From the NCBI RefSeq assembly GCF_006345805.1, contig NC_043024.1:11160001-11224000 (forward strand): 64,000 bases of DNA. The letters are read 5' to 3'. The notes beneath the pieces were generated by a model. That model had not been told where the DNA came from and made no database searches. It worked only from the letters and a program-made list of their open reading frames with translations. The DNA is from Octopus sinensis. Lineage: Eukaryota. This document shows positions 55,061 to 64,000 of this stretch, piece by piece. The position numbers were made by a program, and so were the translations under genes. Each line of letters begins with the position of its first letter. The stretch's first letter is position 1.

Positions 55061-55678
55061 TTGTGTCTGTCTTCCCACCACCACTGCTTGACAACTAGTG
55101 TCGGTTTGTTTATGTCCATGTAACCTAACAGTTCGACAAGAGAGACTGTCAGAACAAATACCGGACTTAAAAAACTAATACTGGGGTCAACCTGTTTGAC
55201 TGAAACCTTTTAAGATGGTGCCCCAGTATGGCCACAGTCTAATGACTGAAACAAGTAGACAATAAAAAAAAAAAGAAGGAAACAGGGGGAAAAAAATTAA
55301 TATTCAAGAGAAGGGTCCTTCTAAATTCAGTGTAGCTCTGTAACCCTTTAGCATTTAAACTGACCATACCCGGCCCAAGTACTTTACTCATTTTATGCTC
55401 AGGCCAGCCACATCTGGCCTCTCACATCTACCCTACCATGTCATTCTAAAAATAAACAATCACATCATCAGAATCTTGAAGCTATGAGATAATGTATGAT
55501 TAATTTCGTTTGACAGATTAATTTGTATGCTAAAGGGTTAATGATAAAAAAAGTTGAGGGTAGGAATAGAGTGTGCAAGGAATGTTGATAGTAGGCAAAA
55601 AAAAACAATTCTCAATGGATATTCTACCGAAAATATATTTGAGGAGACATTCTGCCAGAATGCATTAATTATATAAAT

Positions 55679-55905
55679 GGGGAGCTGGCAGAATCATTAG
55701 CACGCCAGGCAAAATGTGTAGCCATATTTCATCTGCCGTTACGTTCTGAGCTCAAATTCCGCCGAGGTCAACTTTGCCTTTCATCATTTTGGGGTTGATT
55801 AATCAAGTACCAGTTTCGCACTGGGGTCGATGTAATCGACTTAATCCGTTTGTCTGTCCTTGTTTGTCCCCTCTGTGTTTAGCCCCTTGTGGGTAGTAAA
55901 GAAAT
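55679..55905 (+). mobile_element. near full-length SINE, family A
   Basis: Reverse complement of the 29346-29569 copy, roughly 85-90% identical by eye. Confidence 0.85.
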
Positions 55906-57652
55906 ATATATAAACGGGGATTATTTATAACTTTCCATGATAGAAATAATAAATTTTACATATGATAACCTTTTTCTCTTACCTGTCTCAGTCACTGGAC
56001 TGAGGCCATGCTGGGACACCACCACTTTGAATTGACCCCACTACTTATATTTTAAACTTGGTATTTGTTCTGTTGATTTCTTTTGCCCAACAGCTATGTT
56101 ATGGGAACACAAACCAACTCACATACACATGACAGGCTTCCGGTTCCCTTGTACCAAATTCACTCACAAGGCCTTGGCTGGTCCAAGCCATGGTAGAAGA
56201 CATTTACCACAGTGCAGTGCAGTGAGACTGAACTCAGAACTGTGTGGCTGCAAAGCGAGCTTCTTAACCACACAGCCATGCCTGCACCATAACTTAAATT
56301 TTACCTCAGGTGCAAAATAATTTTTCCAGCTAAATGATAATTTTATGAAATTTTATGAACAAAATTTTAATAACTTCATATCTTAATTAATTAACCAATA
56401 GATCACTTTGAGACTAAATGTCATAGTTTTGTGCCCAGAAACCTATAATCACTTTAAATAAAATAAATAGTAAGTATGGAGGCCAGGTGCACAACCTGAC
56501 AGAAATAGCAGCCAAATATCCCTTCAAATCATACCCTATCTTAAAGAGAAAAAAAAGACGATATTATATATTGTAGACCTAGATTATATAAATGGGATGG
56601 TCACATCTAGAATGACTGAAATCCACCCTCATCACAGTTCTGACCAATCAGTGCCAATCTGAGACCAGAAATTGTAGTTTTGCTTCTATTCAGCTTCTAT
56701 TCTTTTATCATTTCAGAACCAAAACTCACAGGGCAATCTATTTTGGTTCGAAATATAGCAATAAAAAAGGCTGAACCATTTTTTTTTTTTGTTTCCCCCC
56801 CAGCTGCTGCTTCTACCACCACCACCACCACCACCACCACAAGTACCACTGCTCACACCAGCACCACCATGACTGCTACCATCATCATCATAAAATATAT
56901 TTGATCATTGTAGTGTGAAAAAATACACAAACTTGTCTAATACATTATCAGAACACACACTTCTATTTAATTTTAGAACTGAGTCATTGCAAGCAGGTAG
57001 AATATACACACACAGAAGCAGCAGTGGAAGATAGGAAGAAACAGTTTAGTGGGATATCCCATTGGTGGCGAAGAAAGCTAAGAATTTTAAAGGGTCACCT
57101 TTACTAAAATAACAAAAATCTAGGATACTGCTGAACTAGATTAAAAAGTGGAAAAGAGCAGGAAGAATGAAGAAATATGAGAAAATGTAGCGGCAGAAAG
57201 AAGGAGAATTACTTTGAACTAGGTATATTTGTGAGTTTAAATTTAGAACAAGAATGCAATTTCAGGCCTTGAAAATGGAAGCAGAGATTCCCAAAGGTAT
57301 TTGGGAAAGATGTGACGAAGATAATTGTTTTGTATTGTAGAGCAGATGATAATGAACAAACGAGAAAACTAATAATAAAAACAAGAACACAAGAGTACAC
57401 AGCAAAAAATCAGCAATTTTGCACAAAAAGGGGAACATGCAGGTGCTATGCATATTGATGCTGCATCTATTTTCATCACTCTCTCTCTCTCTCTCTTGCA
57501 TATACATATATTACACACACACACACATATATATACACATATATACACATACACACATATACTCATATGCATATATAGACATGCATATATGTACATATAC
57601 ATATACATATATATATATACATAGACACATGCATGTATACATATATATGTAG

Positions 57653-58275
57653 ACTAGCAGTATCGCCCGGCGTTGCTCGGGTTTGTAAGGGAAATAACTA
57701 TAAAGCATTTTTAGAGAGTTATAGCCCAAAAAATAGAAAAAAATGGAAAAAAATTATGGTAAATTTTTTTTGAGAGTTAAAAAAGGTGGAGTTGCGTCCC
57801 CTAGACAGTTTGTGTTTCTGATTCTCGACCCCATGTCGAATTTATCGATTTTTTTCAGAACTGGGAGAACTTTTCAAAATTTTCGCTGCGTTAGTTTTGA
57901 ATTATGACATTGGGCTATGTGTGTGTGTCAAGTTTCATCAGAATCGGTTGAAAGCCGTGGTGAAAACCGGGTATCTAATAGTCGTGATTCATATCAAACC
58001 CTTCTGGGTATTAGCATGAGTCTACGATGAGTCTACGATTTAAAAAAAAATTTACCATCATTTTTTTTCCATTTCAATGCATTTTTTCGCTATTATATAA
58101 GGGAAGTAACTCTCTAAAAATGTCTACGATGAGTCAACGATTTAAAAAAAATTTACCATCATTTTTTTCCCATTTTTAATGCATTTTTTTGCTATCTTTT
58201 GGCTATAACTCTCTAAAAATGCTTATATAGTTATTTCCCTTACAAACCAGAGCAACGCCGGGCAATACTGCTAGT
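57653..58275. mobile_element. 623-bp foldback (MITE-like) element with ~120-bp imperfect terminal inverted repeats; Helentron/DINE-like termini
   Basis: Left end ACTAGCAGTATCGCCCGGCGTTGCTCGGGTTTGTAAGGGAAATAACTATA. The reverse complement of the right end is ACTAGCAGTATTGCCCGGCGTTGCTCTGGTTTGTAAGGGAAATAACTATA. Internal tgtgtcaagtttcatcagaatcgg. Confidence 0.8.
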
Positions 58276-60659
58276 AATATATATACAAAAAGGTATGGCT
58301 TGCATCCCAAGCATGTGGTCTTGAGTTCAGTCCCACCGTGTGGCACCTTGGGCAAGTGTCTTCTACTATAGTCCCAGACAGACCCATACCTTATGAGTGG
58401 ATTTGGTAGAGAGAAATTGAAAAGGCCACCCATCGTGTGTGTGGTGCAGGGTACCCTTGTCTCAACATCATGTGATGGTCATAAACAAGCATATGACTGG
58501 CCATGTGGAAATATTACTTTGCTTGAAAACAGGTGAGGGTAAGTGGCAGGAAGGGCATCCAGGTGTAGAAAATCTGCCTCAACAAATTCCATCTAACCCA
58601 TGTGTGTGTGTATGTGCATGCATGTGAGTGTGAAAGTGCATGTGTGTGTATACATGTGCATACACACACACAAGCACACACCGATTATGAATCTAGGTAG
58701 AAGACAAAAATATAACAAGCAGAGCACTAAAAAGGGACCTGAAGGATTGTAGCAGAGTGATAAATACCCTAAAATAGACTGTGTTTAGTTTTCGAAACCA
58801 AGTCAGTTTTTATACATTGGTGCAGAATCCCTATTAGTACTTGAAGCTGAGAGAGAGAGAGCTTTTGATAATGAGGGAGGTATTTTTGTTTGCCTACCAT
58901 CAGTTGCAACAGTAAGGTTAAGATATTAGTAAGGTAGAAACTAGATGACAGGTATTAATAGACTGAGAGCTGAAGTAATAACTGCAATAGTTACACAAGA
59001 TGGAATCCTGTACACACAGGCTGTTTGGTTACATACCAAATGACTAAGGGTGCACCTTTGAGGTCACATAATCTGCTAAAAATAGCAGCGAAATATCCCA
59101 CGACCCCCACCCAAATGTGTTTGAGTAAAATAGATAGGATGCTCGCATTTATAATAACACGTTTAATGTTAGGGTTGCTTGATTTAAGACTCACTGTGGA
59201 AGGGGACGGGGAGGTTAAACAACAACGACAACAACAACAAATATATTTTCGTGTGTTGAGCGGTTCAGGTATCTAAAACAACATAACTATATAGAGTCAC
59301 CCTTGTTGGTGTGACATGAGGGAATGAAAATTATCTGAAAGTTTAGGGTAGAACCCTGTTACTACTGTTTTATAACCGAACTGAGGTGGGTAGAAGGGCT
59401 TCAAGTGGTCAATCTACTTGCTAGAAATAGCAGCAAAATCTCTGACTATCCTAAAACAAAAACAAAAATACACTGGATAAAGAGTTGTAGGTACTTATCG
59501 CAGCTGATCTGGGGGCTAAGCACAAAGGTTCTTCATTCAAATGATCAGATTAGCTGCCAGGTTTCTTTATGCAGGGCAGACATAAATATCACTTTGGCCT
59601 GAGTAGCATCCAAGACAAATGCAAAATCGCATGCATGCACACAGTTGCATATGCATACAAAGCAAAAGCCACCAAGTTAAACTACATTTGTGACAAATGT
59701 GAAGTATTTTAAGTTTGGAACAAGAACTTTTTTTTTAAATTGCTTAATTAAAAAAAATTTCATTAATACAATTAATATTAATGATTTTTTTTTTCTTTTA
59801 AATATTTGAAACAAAATTTTGGTTTTGGACATTTTACAACAACCAAGCTGCACGTTTAGTCTATTATACTGACCCCAGTTTCTTGTTTGATACTCATTTT
59901 ATAAACCCCCATTAAGGGAGCCAAGCAAGGTTAACCTAGGTGTAAAGGGATATAACAGCAGTACAATAGCCCACTAGGTTTACCCTAAGGCAATGTGTGT
60001 GCATGTATATGCATACATACATAGTAGTATCATCATCATCATCATCATCATCATTTAGCATCCGCTTTCCATGCTAGCATGGGTTGGACGGTTCAACTGG
60101 GGTCTGGGAAGCCAGAAGGCTGCACCAGGCCCAGTCTGATCTGGCAATGTTTCTACGGCTGGATGCCCTTCCTAACGCCAACCACTCCGTGAGTGTAGTG
60201 GGTGCTTTTTACGTGCCAGACGGGGCTGGCAAATGGTCACGCTCGGATGGTGCTTTTTATGTGCCACCAGCATGGGGGTCAGGCGAGGCTGACAACGGCC
60301 ACAATCGGATGGTGCTTTATAAAAGGGGGTAAAGACCTCCCCCGCTCAAACATTGACCATGGGACTGGACATAGGAGGTTCCCCTCCAAGGCACAAGTCC
60401 AGGCAAGGTTGCTTATGGAAGACTAGCAGTTGCCCATACCACTGATACCATCCAAGAGAAAGGCAAAGGCTGATGCAGCTTGGCACCAGTCATGTCGCAA
60501 CTCATTAACTGAAGCAATATGAAATAAAGTGTCTTGCTCACAACACACAACCCAGTATGGGAATTGAACTCACAACCTCATGATTGTAAGCCCGACACTG
60601 CAACCAATGAGCCATGTGCTTTTTACATATATATATAATATAATAATATTTTATAGTAT

Positions 60660-61030
60660 ACTAGCACTATGACCCGGCAACACCGGGTCATAGTGCTAGT
60701 GCATGCATATACAGCTGCGTGCGCACACACACACATGCGAGTACTGTCCAAATCTCCGACCAATCACACAGCTAGCTGGCATTCAATTGTCGTATCAAGT
60801 TTCAGGCATTTTGATTGGGATTTGGATAGAAAATTCACAAAAAAAGTCACCTCTATTGATTTTTTTAATGGCTTTGCGGGGTGACTGGGGAAACGTAAAG
60901 ATGTGCACGACCACCCTTGGACGGTTTTGAATGACCATAGAAAGTGCGAGCCCTCTAAGTGAAAAACTGTGGATTTGTATAAAGGACACACACACAGATA
61001 GACATTTTGCCGTTTATATATATAGAGATT
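60660..61030 (+). mobile_element. Helentron-associated non-autonomous element (HINE/DINE-like)
   Basis: Begins with ACTAG and a perfect 18-bp hairpin, has internal gtatcaagtttcaggc, and ends in (CA)n..agacattttgccgtttatatatatagagatt. Confidence 0.6.
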
Positions 61031-61845
61031 ATAATAGCTACACATACACATGTATACAAAACTTCCATGCTTCCTGAAATTCACCAACAATACACCTGAT
61101 GTCCACCACCAATTTTTTTAAACAACTCATTCACTGTTCACTGCCTGTTCATTTTTCTATGCATTGTTCATGCAGTTTTGGCTACTTTTTCTAACAAGTC
61201 CATAGTGCAGCTCTCGAGCACGGTATACCCCAAGTTCATTATTATTTTTACACACATATGCACATGCACAAATACGCTTGTTACTAGCGACAAAGTATTC
61301 TCAGTACTATAATAAAGAGACCCTCTTCTTTATTGGAAACTTCCCCTCTTCTCAAATCAAAACACACACATACACACATGTATCTACACACCCACACATT
61401 CTTTCTTTCTCTCTCTCACTCATACTATCACTCACTCACAAAAATTACCACTATTATCTAATTCTGCTCAGCAGTCAATTAATAGCAGGTAGAAAGATTT
61501 TCAGAAAACTATTTATTTTCTAAAAGCAATCAATTACTTCCCAGTTTAAAGAGAGAAATTTTCAGTCAATATTCTAAATTTATTGGACATAAATTAATCC
61601 TTTATTTAATAAATTACTTAATTTAAGACATTATTTTAAACTTCCATGCTTCCTGAAATTCACCAACAGGACACCTCATACCCCATTCCCCCAATTTTTT
61701 TCAAATTCATTCACTGTTCATTTACTGTGCATCATTCCATGTTGTAGTGCACCTGAGCACTGCGTGTTTCTAAAATAAATATCTTAAGTTCTTGATCATG
61801 TCCCTCATTAAAGAAGCCAAATACAATGATAACCAATAATGATAA

Positions 61846-61880
<35 letters not shown>

Positions 61881-61940
61881 GTAATATTAATAATAATAAT
61901 GATAATGATAATGATATTGATAATGATAATGATAATGATG

Positions 61941-61973
<33 letters not shown>

Positions 61974-62569
61974 GTAATAATAAAACTTTTCTAAATGAAG
62001 TTTATTAATCTTAATCAAATAATTAAAAATTTAATTTTATCTTCAATAAAATTAATCTGTCATTAACAGAACTGAAAAAATTTGTATGACTTAATCATGA
62101 ATTCGTTAGTTTTAAATATATTGAAAATCATTAATTAGCATTACTTAATCCCAAAAGACAAAAAAAAAAAATTATATATATATACAGAGGATAATTTCAA
62201 CCAAAATATAAATAACATCACATTTTTTCAATTTTATTTTTAAATTTTAAAAAAATTTCACGTACAACTTAAAATTCATTCTATAAAATAGACATAATTT
62301 TAATAGCAGCTTTTGTTTTTTTTGTTAACCTAATGGAAACATTATACCATATTTTTAGTAAGATCAACTAGTAATGTTTCTAAACAAAGGAGTTAGCTGG
62401 TATCAGTATCATTCTGCTTTTTAATCACGTTGCCTCTATTACTAAACCATAATTCTTTTTTTTTTAATACTATTAATAACTAACTTTAACTAAAGAATCT
62501 GAAATGACTAAAAACAATCACATTTCGTAACATAACTTGATAGATATTTCTGTTTTCTTTTCAACTTAC

Positions 62570-62594
62570 CTCCATAAGATCTTGGTGATACTTG
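62570..62594 (-). CDS. boll: probable boule linker microexon, 25 nt, phase 0-1: QVSPRSYG
   Basis: Very strong sites: ttttctttttctttctttccag|CAA...GAG|gtaagt. The phase-1 end fits the 30236 acceptor (G|AT = Asp). QVSPRS resembles QVGIPRS, which follows GPAIRKQ at the end of the human BOLL RRM (recalled). Confidence 0.65.
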
Positions 62595-62980
62595 CTGGAA
62601 AGAAAGAAAAAGAAAATAAGTGGTTTTGTTGTTGAAAACAATAAATCAATTTAATTTACTTTTCTGGAGAAACAGAGAGAAATTAAAATCCTGATTTTAA
62701 TAATGTTTACATATCATAAAATCGAGGGCGACACAATTGAAGACCATCTTATGTCAGTCTAACAGAACCTCTGTAGTTCCAAGACATTCCTCATAGAACA
62801 ATTCAACTCAGCATTGTGAACCTAACAACAGATTCATAAAGTTTACAGGGTTGCCATTCCTTACATTAATGAAGTATACAACTAGGTTGGACTGTGTCGT
62901 TAATAAAATTACTTTTGAGCCATGAACACATCACAGCAGCAGAGGCAGTACAAGCCATCAGACTTGCTACCCCATGACTG

Positions 62981-63027
<47 letters not shown>

Positions 63028-63143
63028 GCGCGAAAGCCAATTACCTGAGGTTTCAACTCCATATTTCAATATAATTTTTGAAAACCTTCATATATATATT
63101 TAGTCATGCAGGAATTAACAGCACATGATAAAAAATTCCTTAC

Positions 63144-63197
63144 CTCTGCAGCTCCCTGAGCATAAAGATCTGCAAGTAATTGTGTCGTCATATGAAC
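63144..63197 (-). CDS. candidate exon, 54 nt: VHMTTQLLADLYAQGAAE in phase 0 (or SYDDTITCRSLCSGSCR in phase 1)
   Basis: Acceptor ttttttttttgttaaattcgcag|GTT and donor GAG|gtaagg. In frame with the 62570-62594 exon. No recognised homology. Confidence 0.55.
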
Positions 63198-63400
63198 CTG
63201 CGAATTTAACAAAAAAAAAATTATCGTTAATTGAACTAATTCATAAAGCTCTTTGCTCAATCAACATATTGCTAACACAGAAAAATGCATGCACGCATGC
63301 ACACACACATATGTATACACACACACACAACAACATATATTAGAAGGAAGTAGAAAGACTATTTTGTAAATATAACAAGAATTCTCTTTTGATGTGAATC

Positions 63401-63779
63401 TTACTCTTTTACTTCTTTCAGTCATTTGACTGTGGGCCATGCTGGAGCACAGCCTTTAGTCGAGCAAATCGACACCCAGGACTTATTCTATCGGTCTCTT
63501 TCGCCAAACCACTAAGTTACGGGGACGTAAACACACAAACATCGGTTGTCAAGCGATGTTGGGGGTCAAACACAGATACACAAACATATACACACATATA
63601 CATATACATATATACGACGGGCTTCTTTCAGTTTCCGTCTACCAAAATCCAGTCACAAGGCTTTGGTCGGTTCAAGGCTATAGTAGAAGACACTTGCCCA
63701 AGGTGCCACGCAGTGGGACTGAACCCAGAACCATGTGGTTGGTAAGCAAGCTACTTACCACACAGCCACTCCTGCGCCT
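63401..63779 (-). mobile_element. full-length SINE, family B
   Basis: Same head, body and tail as 48290-48684. Confidence 0.85.
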
Positions 63780-64000
63780 ATATCTTGCAGAAGATAAAGA
63801 TATAGATAATAGGGGTAAGCACTGAGTTACAAAATTCTTTGGAGAGAAAAACCCTAATGTTGCCCATGGAACCCAAATGTACATCTCCTACATCAAAGTT
63901 TGTAAATTCTCGTGACGTGCTAATAACAATATTTCTTTGTGCAAGAGATTAACTAAATCCTGCATCCTAGGATAACTACTGACCTCCTGTCATCATCATC

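Overview
AT-rich, microsatellite- and SINE-dense eukaryotic genomic DNA. The repeat families look like those of Octopus (inference from recalled repeat sequences, not a database search). The main feature is the 3' part of a minus-strand boule (BOLL, DAZ family) gene. Five well-supported GT-AG exons (30118-30236, 27172-27255, 26147-26203, 24190-24369, 13949-14443) splice in frame and encode GTVLLSTNGVPYTYQNGMAIFH (compare human BOLL GTMYLTTSTGYPYTYHNGVAYFH, from memory), a DAZ-repeat-like exon, a QWRW exon and a long P/T/S-rich tail. A 25-nt exon at 62570-62594 (QVSPRSYG) probably precedes them across a ~32 kb intron. I found no RRM-coding exon, so the RRM probably lies beyond position 64000. 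The large intron contains further candidate cassette, micro and terminal exons whose status is unresolved. The rest is tRNA-derived SINEs, decayed RTE and REL-endonuclease LINE fragments, a Penelope-like remnant with a hammerhead-like motif, Helentron-like non-autonomous elements and simple repeats. There is no prokaryotic-type system, CRISPR array, rRNA or true tRNA. Repeat boundaries are approximate; exon boundaries were read at base level.
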